Source of the DNA: Ylistrum balloti
Taxonomy: Eukaryota
DNA: 64,000 bases
Assembly (NCBI RefSeq): GCF_031769215.1
Contig: NW_026782003.1
Location: forward strand, 3,224,001-3,288,000
Reading direction: 5' to 3'
The notes beneath the pieces were generated by a model. The model had not been told where the DNA came from and did not search any database. It saw nothing but the letters and a program-made list of their open reading frames with translations. Both the position numbers and the translations under genes were made by a program. Shown in pieces: positions 1 to 12,600 of the stretch (within the stretch, counting starts at the first letter, position 1; every line of letters starts with the position of its first letter).

Positions 1-336
1 TATCAGATAGACGTTTATGACACTATAACAAAGTATTTGAAAGTGTAACATATACTTTGGCAAACACAATGGAAATACCGACACCAAAGGGAGACGCCAG
101 GATGACACAAAAGTCGAAATAAAAAGCATACCGTACATGTAGAGGCAAGATGATAAAACAGACGTCAGAATAAAAGATACCAATAGGAACAAAAGGTGAT
201 AGTTGGCCTTCACAAACACAACATGTGTAGGAATGGTATGCTGATATCACTGCTTTTCTATACCGACGTACTAGCACAAAGCCTCTTTAAAAAACCTCAA
301 ACTCCAGCAAATGAACCCTCCTAGGAACCCAAGAAC

Positions 337-860
337 GGTTTGTTGGGAGACGTGTCTGTGGAAATAGCAATGTATCGCCGGATACGGCGCTGTCTTGTTC
401 GGCGACCTGTTGGTGGAAACAGCAATATATCGCCGAATGTGGCACTGTCTTGTCCGAGGGCCTGTTGGTGGAAACAGCAATATGTCGTTGAATGTGGCAC
501 AGTCTTGTCCGGGGGCCTGTTGGTGGAAACAGGAATATATCGTCGAACGTAGCGTTGCCTTGTCCGGGAACTTGTCTAACGAAACAGCAATATGTCGTTG
601 AATGTTGAGCCGTTTAGTCCTGGGACTTATATGCGAAAACAGTAAAACAGAGTCCAATTCGGAACTATCCTGTCGAGTAATTTGTTTGCGTTGCGGGAAT
701 AGCAATGCCGCGTCGAATGCGGCACAGTTCATCGGGGGATTGGTTTGAGGAGACTGCAATATAGCTTCGAGCGCTTGATATTTTCGGAGGACTTGTCTGC
801 GGACTTAGTTAGCAATATAGAGTCGAATATCTTTTTGGGATGCTTGTCAAGTGGAAACAA
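337..860. repeat. GC-rich 55-bp minisatellite: about 5 well-conserved copies plus about 4 decayed copies
   Basis: The gaaa(c/t)ag anchor recurs at 361, 416, 471, 526 and 581 (exact 55-bp period), with decayed units near 636, 697, 752, 806 and 854. Confidence 0.9.
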
Positions 861-3038
861 TCAGTAACGTAGGAGCATTCCTATGCCATTGTAACAGGAA
901 AGTCTAAAAAGTGATGATCATAATAGGAGAATCTGAATTCTGTATGTTTATGGGGAAGACATATCAATATTGTGATATTTCATACATATATATCAATAAT
1001 GTAAAAATGATACAATGTAGGATGGAAATGTACATACCAAGATATAGTCGGGATGAGACAATAGTGATTAGATGGGAAATAAAGAGTTCATATTCTTTTC
1101 AATAAAGAGACATGCATATTACACATTACAACTTCGCTATATTTCCAGTGTCTTACATTTGCTTATCATGTGCAAAGCTAAGGTACAAAGCTAACATGTT
1201 CTCTATCAACACATTGTGAAAGTAAACAAATAAACTTCCAAGCAAAAATTATTGCGCCAACCCTCTGTGTATCCTGATTATACATCATAAGTGTGCCCAG
1301 TTGCCTTGATGCACTGCGTTCAAATTTCCGTTTGAATTTATTTTAATATTGTTGGATATGAAAATCTCATTTCTTTATTTCATGTATTTACATGTCACGT
1401 ATTTGGAATTTCTAAGATAATGAATTATTCATTTTGGAGGTTGATACCGTGTCTGATTTGAATTAACGACCGATAGGATCAATAGCGATTTTCATCTGGT
1501 CATCCATATTAATCATATAGTGTGGAGATTTTATACAGCCTTGGTGGTGACACAAATACTCTTGAAACATACCGGATACGGGGTTGTAGTGTATAATATG
1601 TTTGTTCTTACTATAATGGATCTCTTTATGTCGCTGCCGTTTTAATGGAGTCAGCGGTCAATGTTTTCAAGGTCTCTGCCATTGTTTTCTATCTGAAGCG
1701 ATATAACGTCTTAATGTTTTGGTATATATAAAATTGCTGTCCCTCCATTTCGATTCCTGTTTCTTTAATTGTTTTGTTGTCATCCTGCTTTTATGTCTCA
1801 TTTCGCTTGAATGTTTTCTTGACTGCAGTATTGGTCTCTACGTTTTGTTTTGCTGGCTCTTTCTATACTGTTGGTTTATTTGCTTTCAGTTTGCTATTTC
1901 TTTAGTTGCAGTTGGTTTAGTCTGCCACAAATTAATATGACAATTCCAGAAAAAATGGTTATATTATAACTTATTATAAATTACATCTAGAAATAAAATA
2001 GTTTGTTATCATTAAAGAAAAGAGAAGTACAAATTCAAACAAAAATAAAATGATCACCAAATCAACCGTGAACTACTTATTCTAACTTCCGTAAGTGCGT
2101 GAATCATCTTATCGGTCAAGCTCTATCTGGTCAGCCAATCAAAACATACTTAAGTGTTACACCGCATGTGGTAAAACATTTATGTGTATACAGCATTTGG
2201 AATTATTAATCGATGTCTTGGGAGGTGAATAATACCCATGTATTGTGGTAGAAGCATAATTGCTGCATGACTTGTCAAGTGTGTAATCGTGGTGATCGCG
2301 TTGAAAGCGCCATTTCTTCATCAAATAGCATCGCTTTCAGGCACAGCCTATTGTTTATGGAGTTAGGTGACATGAATAATGTTGACTTAAACAAAATTTC
2401 AGAGAGGTAACCATATCTTCTTAATATAGCAAGAATACGTTCTGTTTATCAAAACTTCTTAAATGATTAAATGTCATAGTTGCACCACTACTCTGATAGA
2501 GATTTAAGAATTAGACAAACATTAAGTTTACTGGGATAACATATAACATATTTTGCGATATCATTGTGTACTTGAAATGTTGATGGCCTTTTAGCCAATA
2601 TTTACATGTTTACCGTACATTTCTTTGTTATTCAATAAATCAGAGGAAAAGAAAAGTATCATACAATTGGTCCAAACATTTAAATGACAAAAGCACGTTC
2701 ACATAAGAGCACTCCTTGAGACGCAGTGATTTGAATGCAAATGGGTCGAGATTATACATTCATATCGGAATGTTGGTCAGATACAAGTGCCAACAAATAC
2801 GACCACTACAGCTTCGCTCTCCTGAAAATGTCACTTCCGGAACAAGGTTAATCCCCTTGTACTTAACAATAATGCTGAGAATATTCAGTTTTGTTGTCCT
2901 GGTTTCATCGACCGACGGGATTTTATTCAGAGTTTCAAAGGCAAAACAGTGTTTAATGCCATACAATGTCACAACAAAATCATAGAAAATAATAAAAAAA
3001 ATGATTATAAAATAATAAATAAAATAAAGGAAACAGAA

Positions 3039-3189
3039 NNNNNNNNNNNNNNNNNNNNNNNNNNNNNNNNNNNNNNNNNNNNNNNNNNNNNNNNNNNNNN
3101 NNNNNNNNNNNNNNNNNNNNNNNNNNNNNNNNNNNNNNNNNNNNNNNNNNNNNNNNNNNNNNNNNNNNNNNNNNNNNNNNNNNNNNNNN
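3039..3189. other. Assembly gap (N run)
   Basis: 151 N. Confidence 1.
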
Positions 3190-6100
3190 TCAATAGTTAA
3201 AGTTTTAGTTTAGTTTTTAGTCACGAAGAATGAAAATCATGAAACTATATTAATTAATATATTGACGTTATATCTTGTCAAAGGTGTTATGAAAATAACC
3301 CAAATATCCTTTACAGACACTATATATATTTCGGTATGTGTTCACAATATACTTTAGCAATATACTGTCCACGGCAATTAACCGGCAACAAGTTATTTCT
3401 GACATTTGATATGCAATAACTCTTCGAACCAGTCCTCTGTGATATTGAAATGACAAATTCGATCTTTAGGAAAATCGAAAATTTTCCCGTTCTTTCAATT
3501 TTCTGTTCAATATTATCGTGAAAGTAGGTCATCACGACAGACTTACAAGCGGTTCTTCCGCTTGGATCTCTATGTGTTTCATTAGGCACAGATGAGTTAG
3601 AAGATGTTTACACAGAGGTCTTGGTTGTAATATCCGCCAACATAATGAGGCATAAACTAATGAATGGATAATAAGGTACGATAGATCCTTGACAACAGTT
3701 CTCACAATATGGTAATGAACGTGGCAAAAGTAATATTTAAAGACTTCATAATGACAAGACTAATATAGCAAAAGCAAAATTTTGAAAACGAACGGAAACA
3801 TTTTTCTCGGATAATCTCTTGGTATTACCGTGAGCCATTTTCTGTTAATGCATAACATACCGTTTCTGTCAATGTCTTACATACCGTTTTTGTTATTGAA
3901 CAAAACAATATCCACTGATTAGCTTGATTAATAATCGGTCAGTTAGCAATATAACGTATTTTGTAGGGTAATATCTTAACGATGAGTCATATTATAGTCT
4001 GCCAAAAAGGTTTATCATGTTATGTCTTAGCAATATGTTCTGTCTCTGAATTTCATTGTACCTTGTCAACGAGTAGTGAAACAATCCATGAGTTGTATTT
4101 GAACGCTATTTTCAATTTTTATTGTATCATAACGGCTTTACTTTGTTTTAAATTGGCAGAGTCCGTTCGTCACTTTCTAAATTCCTTTCGCAGATGAAGA
4201 AACAAACATTGTAGAGACAGTCATTATTGTTTGATCATCAATAAACATCGAAACAAATAAAGTTAGAGGTGTTCTGAAAATTGAAAACATTATGTTCCGA
4301 ATAAATACACTTATGGAAATATCAGGTCTGCAATGCTCTTGTAGAGCAGAATTTACAGGTTTGTATACTTTGTCACATGTGTTCTTTATGGTCAATAGAA
4401 AACGCGGAATTACAATGAAAAATGATAAATAAGAAAGTTGTAGTTTAAATCTGTCATTCAGTTGAAGTGATTTTAATGTAGATTGTACAAATGAGACACA
4501 GAAATGGATAACACCTGTCATTACAAATGTGTCTCGACTTGTATATTCTGTCACTGAGTCGCGACATTTTGTTTCTGTGCCTGAGTTGTGTTATGTTCAT
4601 TTTTTGAGCTACAATAAATTCTGTTTCTGGGTTGTATTACTATTTTTCACCGAGTCACAACGTTTGCTGTATCTGAGTATACCATATCTAGTACTTGAGT
4701 TGCGTATCAATATAGATAGGTTCGCGAAGGACCTTTTAATTCAGGCAGAAATGAGGTGGTATTGTGTCTAGTGGAGCAAGCAATGAAATAATGAAGTTGT
4801 TCTCATTGTGTCACATTAGATATATAACAAAGTTGTACCATATTGGAATGTATGTAACAGAATGTAAATTACTTGCTGAATCAGGCGATAGCGGTGCGAT
4901 TTTATGACATATGCTTTATGCCAAAGGTATCAAGGACTCAAAATAAACACGTGGCTCCAGATTTATTCGTGATAAAGCCTGGCATCACTTATATGTAAAC
5001 GATTAAGTAACGCAAAACATGATTAATATCAAAGACGAGACTTCCACTGACATGTCAATGATACATGTGTGATGGTTTCTTTGAGAAATATGAGAAATAT
5101 ATTAGTTCCCATGTATGCAGTTTATCAAATTGAAACGATCATACAAAGCCATTTAGTGCATGTGTGAGCCATTAGGAATAAGTAACAGTCTTACACAAAA
5201 ACACACAAAGATATCTTTGATGTTATGTGTATTCGATATGTCAGGCATCTAAAACAACATTTATAATAGAGCATCATTGATACGATAACGACATCGGTGA
5301 GTGTTAAGATGATAAATAAACATGCACTCTATGATAACAGACATCTATTACACGGGCCATCAAGTCTACATAAACATTTTATTTAAAGTCATCGTAGTTA
5401 AAGTAAGAAATAAACAAAAACAGGTGTGTCTCATTCATCACTCATGTCATAGTTGTTCCTTACAGAACATGCAATATCTCGGAAAACCTGTGTGGTCAGA
5501 GGTTTTTCATGTTATATAATGATATACATTGCCTGACTCATGACAGTTGCTCGTTTGTTTTCTTAAATCTCTTTAGTAGTTTATCAGATATGTCGGCGAG
5601 TATTTTTCCAACGATATAACCCCCCCTTTTTTTAAAACTAAGTAATTTTATTCAATTCTGTTTTTGTTACCAAGACAATTTGTGTTTGAATACATCTGAA
5701 CGATACATTATGTAACTGACTGAGTTTCTGTCATTATAGTGTGACTGCGTTGGTTGTGATGTCAACGTTAAGACAATTCAGTGTGATTGCACTACTAAAA
5801 CATCCATCAGTGATTCTGTTAAAAGTTGACACCACCTGCGATTTACGAATATCTTGATCAATATTATTACATTCAATATATCGATTTCTTCTGTAATATT
5901 CTGGAATCCATTCCTTGATGGCCTTCTAAGACTTCTTATTTTGTTTCTAATGATATGCGAATATCTTCACACACGTGCGCACATTCTAGGAAATGTGAAA
6001 TAAGAGGATATTTTACAGTTTGCTAATATTAAATAAGTAAATGAGTGCAATAATAATGATAATGGTTACAAAAGTTGACAGTATTCTGATACAAAAATTA

Positions 6101-6877
6101 ATGATAAGAATATAACAGTTATTGTTGCGGTTTTAGTGGTACCTTCTGTGTGCTTTTTCACAAGGAAAGATACACATACCTACTAAGAATAGAACAATGT
6201 AACTTTCACAAATGGAAACAATATCAAACAAAGATAGCAAAAGCGTATGATCAGACTAAAAAGCATTCAAATGTAATGTTTACCCTATCTTGGTAGGTAA
6301 TAAAAACCTCTAAACTACCTATATTGTACAATAAAACAGGAGTTATATCAACAATATTTCCACTCTACATGACTTTCATTTTCCTGGTTGGTTGAATGCC
6401 AGTTCGTGTACAACTGAAATCAAACAAATCATATGATCATATGAATTAACAATCACTAAAGGCAAATGTTTCGAGTGTCATAAATGTTTGAAATTATACT
6501 TAAAAGTTTAACATATTTTCAGTGTATCAAGTGTCATGATGTCAAAACGCTTACATGTTTAGACGGTAAAAAGTTATATGTATGATTTCTTGGGAGCGTG
6601 GGTGAAGAAGATATCTTGAACAATTTTCTTTACGATTGTCTTAATTTTGATACAGATAATAACTGATGCGGTTTTGCTATTATAAGACTGAGTTTGTGCT
6701 TCTATTTAGGGCGAAAATCATTAATTAGATATAAATAAATAACAATTGACATTGTTTCATCTCATAGCTGATGTATTGGCCCCAACATAGCTGAGAGCAT
6801 CTTTTGTCTGCGCCGAATTAATTGTTATATGTATACTATAAACTGTACAGACTATATCTTTAGTAGATATATATCGA

Positions 6878-6975
6878 CCCTACACGCGCCATACTTATCT
6901 GCACGCGCCATACTTACCCTGCACGCGCCATACTTACCTACACACGCCATACGTACCCTGCAAGTGCCATATCCT
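6878..6975. repeat. 19-20-bp minisatellite, about 5 copies
   Basis: The unit (a/g)cacgcgccatacttacc(c)t recurs at 6882, 6901, 6921, 6940 and 6960. Confidence 0.88.
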
Positions 6976-9524
6976 GCTGTATCCGAATCATCAGATTACA
7001 ATTATGCATCCAATTGTCGATCCAAATATATGATGAATGATGACTTATGACTTTTTGATATGTTCAATGTCCACTTTTTACTGCAGCGATTTATTGGAGG
7101 TATCGATCATCGCATTTATCTTGGTCTTTACGTTGTTTGTTTCTAACGCAATTTTGTGATTTAATGGCATCCTGTATTTGTTACTTAAGCCATCTGCTTT
7201 GAGTTTGGATTTCGATCATATCCACACGTCGATATTGTCTTGTATTCATGTTGTTGAGGCCAAAACAGATGTGACTATAGATTGAGAATCTGTAAGATGT
7301 AATGTATTTCGTTATTGGTTGGTACATATAATAGTTATAAATATATGAGTGTTCGAGATGTTTTCTCCCTTTTTCCCCTTTCCTTTCCTGTAAAAGTATG
7401 CTTTAGTCAAAATTAATCTTCCTTAAGCATGTGGGGGAGGACACGTGATCATATTGATATTGATAAATTTCCCCGGTTCCACTGAAATAGTTGATTTAGG
7501 TAAATACGTACAACACATTGACGTAACAGTCTTTGTCTGATTCAGCACTTGTTCAGTATATTGATCGTCATCCTTTGTGAGAGAAATTTCAGCAGTCAAT
7601 CACACTTAACCACGTTTGTGTTCTGAATAGTATTTTAATCATCGTAATTACAACCAGTTGACGACAATTTCACGCACGCACCTTCGATGTAATTTGGTTC
7701 TAGATTTATTTATCTTTATATGTTGTAACTTGATCTCAAAGAACATTCCAATTAGCTTTTCGGACCTCTTTTAAATCCAAACGTGTAAGTATCACAAGAC
7801 CCGTAAAGTCTGTCTCAGCGGTAGACGACTTCTAGTCTACATGTACGTATAGAAAATTTTATATAGCAATTGCATGACTATCACAACATCACCTATTTCT
7901 GCTTTGTTCCTACATATAAGTTCAATACTCTTATTGTATATCTCGAAACCACGCTGTTGACGTTCGGACAAAGGACAAGTGTTCGAAAGTATTGAGCAGC
8001 AATTTTGTGTTCATAATCAATTATGTCGATATTTAATTACACAAACAGTCAATGTATTGATAAAGTAAACAGGAGAGATGATATCTTTATACAGGTAAAT
8101 CTGATCAATTACTAGCAAACAAGCTGAATAGGGCGTGAAATCTCCCTCAACTTTTCTCGTCCACGAGAGAATACGGTAACTTAAAATGAGATCTACACAA
8201 TCAACTCTCTGACAATGTGATAATATTAATTTTTTTTTGGATGAGTTGATAATATTTTCTGTCGAAAAATTCAAAGCCCAACATGTATAAAGCAAGATGT
8301 AGGAGAGATTGCACATTCTGCAATGTGCTAGTGTAGTAACGTATGGGCTTGTTCCTACCATCTATTCACATGATTTTTACCTATACTTTTTCATGTTGCA
8401 TATTTGCGTTATAGCTTCGAACTTGCCAATTTCAGAAGTGTTTTCCATTGTCTGATATGACTTTTTGTAATCTATTTCACATCAATGTTTGTTAAAATGG
8501 TTGACATTACATATGTCTGATATTGACTTGTCAGAAAATGCTCGAATGTGTAACATACATAACATATCTGAGATCGATCCATTTGTTAGTAATGTACGTG
8601 CGTGACTGTGACATGTGCAAAGATAAATGTCACATATTGCAAGGATGAAATATATGTCATAATATAAAAAGGAAAATGTTGTGGATGAAGTTATTTGAAT
8701 TTGAGCGTTCTCTGATACATTAGATACTATTATGATGAATACATCACAGCTAGTGTCATTTTGTGCTGAAATTAATCCATATATATCACACGGTTTCGTG
8801 CAGTTTACTTTCCAAAACAATGGAAAAAATATTGTACGGAGACAGTTTTTATATGTTAGACAATACGTAACTGTAGTGGTTGATATTGAAACGTTTGCGT
8901 TTCACAAAAGATGAATTCTATTTAACACGGTATGTATTCCACAAGCATATCGATAACATATTTTTCACTGGCATAGACCTGAACAGAAGCATTTTGTTAT
9001 CAAGGGTTGATATCTTCTGTATTTTGTTTGATTGTTCTAAATTACTCTCCTTTGCTTTGGTAAATCGGTACATATTATCGAATGTCACCGCGGGAAGTAT
9101 TTCAAACTCCTAAACATGACATAAATATATCCACGTAATCTTGTACTTTTATTTTTCTGCGTTTTTACTACATGTGTTTCTACTTTAGTGGCATTTACGT
9201 CCAGCGTTGTCAGTGTTTAGTTCATAAAGTCAACAAGTATCGATTTTTGAAATACAAATTTGGAATTAATTAAAATTAAAATATAAAGATTATATAGTAT
9301 AAACAAAGTTTTGATAATATGTATATAATCTGGATTTCATATGTAATGCTTGTAAATATGAAATTTGAATTGTGAATTGAATAATGAAAAAAATATGTGA
9401 AAGTATCATGTTGTTATATTGCTTTATGTAACAATAATACTTTGTTTCGAATTAGATGTTGTTACGGTTGTTCTCATTTGAACACGTTACCTTGCCTTCT
9501 CGGATCGACCACGATTTGCGTTGG

Positions 9525-9650
9525 GATTGTCTATAATGAAGCAGAAAACGGTTACCCTTCAGTAACACCTGTTTTTCTTGGCATTATAGTTTTCACGAGT
9601 ATCGGTTTAAGCCTTTCATTTTTTTTCCCATATTTTGCCCTTGTTTCGTC
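9525..9650 (+). mobile_element. Dispersed repeat family A copy
   Basis: gaagcagaaaacggttacccttcagtaacacctg...catattttgccct aligns by eye with 35878-36000 and with the reverse complement of 46065-46205. Confidence 0.6.
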
Positions 9651-12600
9651 ATGCTGAAATGTCGATATTTTGTTTTGCTTTGATATACGCATGTTCGTGA
9701 AGTTTACATCGCTTTGCTGTTTATGGATTTAATGTCCTCATCATACATCAGAGTGTATGTCCATGTTGACGATAACTATCTTCAACAGTGCACTGTGAAC
9801 CGTACATGCTTTATCTGTAAAGTACAATTTAAATTTCAACGATCGAAATACGTAAACCTAATTGAAAGATAATAGCTTGAGATTTGTAGACAATTTAACT
9901 CGTTAACTTTCTATTTTGGATCCCGTTTGCCTTTTAGATTAAATTATAGATGTATATCTTGCTCTAGAAAGGATGAAATACGAGAGTTTGTATTGGAGTC
10001 ATTCAAACACCACGACAATAAGCCACATCACACTGAATAGCCTATTTAGATTCAATAGAGGAAGCCTTTATGGCTTAGCACCGAAGCCCATTAGAAGTGT
10101 ACCAATAATAGCTACTCAAATTGCAACATGTAGTGTTTTGTGCATAAACAAGACACTTTAAAGAAATAGGATATTTCCAGTTATGTCTTGTAGCACCTCG
10201 AGTATATTCCTTTCCTCAATAACCGTGATGATAGATATAAAACTGATGTTTACTTATATAAACTTTACAAACATGAACTTAACGTACTGAAACACTGAAG
10301 AAAAGGCATCACATTTCTATCATTCTCCGTTGTAATTGAGCTCAAAAACACGGATGACGATTTATACCATTCAGAATGTTAAATACAACCGATTGTCTCT
10401 TCCTTAACTAATTATAACTTTAATTATTGCATTGTCAATCTTTGGCAATCGAACATTTGTTTCTTTTAATTAAATTTACTTTCATTGTTTGATTATTTAC
10501 TTTGTCCTGTCATAAGAGAATCGAAAAGGTCTTGGAGTTATGTCATATAATACACTGTTAAGCTACCCAACTAAAACCTAACTTAGGTACTCAAAACTAA
10601 TGTTAAGAAAGGTACGTATATTTGGGGAGACAATAAACATTTCTTTAACTTAAACAAGATATCTTGACAAAGGTATTTATTACAAGAGAGATTAAAGTAT
10701 TTTGATTAACGAAGGAAAGATAAACATCCTGTGTGTTCTGTATTAACTTCCAAGGATTCTGATTATGGAGGTGAAATCCTTCGTCTTTACAAAACATTTT
10801 GTCTTATAAGTAGAATGTAAATGAATTAATTGTTAAATAATAGTTACTATTCGGTTTCCAAAATACCTTCAAATTGTTGAACTTATTCATATTGCATCAT
10901 TTATTCGCTAAACATAGAGGCCGCATCTAAGAATATACTATCATGAAATATGCCAGCGCTCTGAAAGCGATCAAAGGGAATATGAAGAAAAACTGTAACA
11001 AAAGCAGAGCAGATTTATTAATTAAAAATTTTATGTGATTAAAAACGAGATGCTGGGTTGACTGCGTGTTCTATATATGAATATCGATTAGATATAATAC
11101 ATAGCAAACCCATTTCGATTAGATTTTTTCATTTAGATCATTTTGTGCGATGTGAGAAGACGCAATAGAGAAATATTTAGACTGCAGTATAGGTCGCCAA
11201 AACCAAAAATATGACATCATTATTGATCATGTAACTTCCCCGATGTCATAGTAATGATATTCATTACATCATATTTTATTATGACGCACACCAACGAAAA
11301 GTTTAACCAAATAGAACTCTTATTGACCAAAACACTATCGTTGTTTTCAGTATGACATCACAAATTCATTGTGGCATATGCATTGTGATGTCACAAAGAA
11401 GATACTATTCCTCTCTTGCCTATGTAATACGATTTAGAGTTAATTAATGTTTGAATATATATCTATATATAAATGATGAACAGTATGTAACATTTGTTCC
11501 TATTTCTGTCATTTCTGAAACTCATCACGTTTTCATTTTACAGAGTCGAGGTTAATGTATAGTTAAGAAAATTGACACTGTAAACTAGTCTTTCTATGCT
11601 ATTCGATAAAAATAGACAATGTCCTGAACCTTTTGGTTCACAACGTGACGAGAAACATGGTTAGAACGTGACAGAGGTCATGGAGGACGTTTACACTTTA
11701 AGATTATATGACTTCATTGTCTTTTACTTTTATGTGACTTTTATGAAGCAACTCCGGACATGCTGTCTCTTCAGTTCCTGTTCTAAACTTCGTCTTCATC
11801 AATTCCTGTTTTTATGACGCCCAGATCTATGTTATATCTATATTTAAATGAATATGTGAAATTGACTTCAGTCTGGAACTTGCACTCCATGTCAGTATAT
11901 ATTATATCATTTTCGAGACCGTAGCTCTTATCAACGTGTCATATACCATATTCAGAAAACACCATTTGATAAAAATGTGATTCATGACAGCAACATGTTC
12001 TGATCTTTGGCTATAAATGCCTTAAAGTGCTTCTACTACTAAACTAACGCACTTTCTAAAAGATCTAGGTTATAAAATCACAAAGACTAATGATGTGTTA
12101 TACCACTCGCGTGGCTTAATGTATACGGTAATTGTTAAAACAAATCAATCATTTTCCCTTTGTGCCTGCAATTACACGATACTAATTATTTTTGAATTCT
12201 GTAATTTTCTCATTGATAATTAGTAGCCAAACGGGTTAAGCTAGAAGTCGTTTTAGAAGATTCAAAACTAGATGAAACCATTTTATCGAAGGGGATGCAT
12301 TTTCACTCCTGAAATATTTCAATTCGGAAAACATCATAATTTGGCATGATATGCCGTGTCTCTTATTAAGTTCCTGTACCTGAAGGTTTTGAACACGATA
12401 CAGTTACATAATAATAAGAAAATGAATTTTGAGAAAACTTTGTAATTATTATGTTAATCTAACAGTGGTAGTTATCTTAATAATGAAAATGCAAGCTTTT
12501 TCCAATAATTGTCCTCATTACGTTACGTTCATTAACACATGCTATTTAATATCATAGTGGACGAATTATACTATATATATCTATGTACTTGACGTTCCTC

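Noticed and set aside
337-645. CRISPR-like regular spacing
   Set aside because: The entire unit repeats with no unique spacers, there are no cas genes, and the context is eukaryotic.
271-759. 162-aa minus ORF and overlapping short ORFs
   Set aside because: They lie on the 55-bp minisatellite. The period is not a multiple of 3, and the GC-rich repeat simply lacks stops.
1560-1930. Purine-rich minus-strand frame resembling a decayed ORF
   Set aside because: Frequent stops and compositional bias are enough to explain it, and there is no diagnostic motif.
5245-5296. Possible 5' UTR exon with donor CG|gtgagt
   Set aside because: The acceptor is weak and all three frames have stops. It cannot be supported without transcript data.
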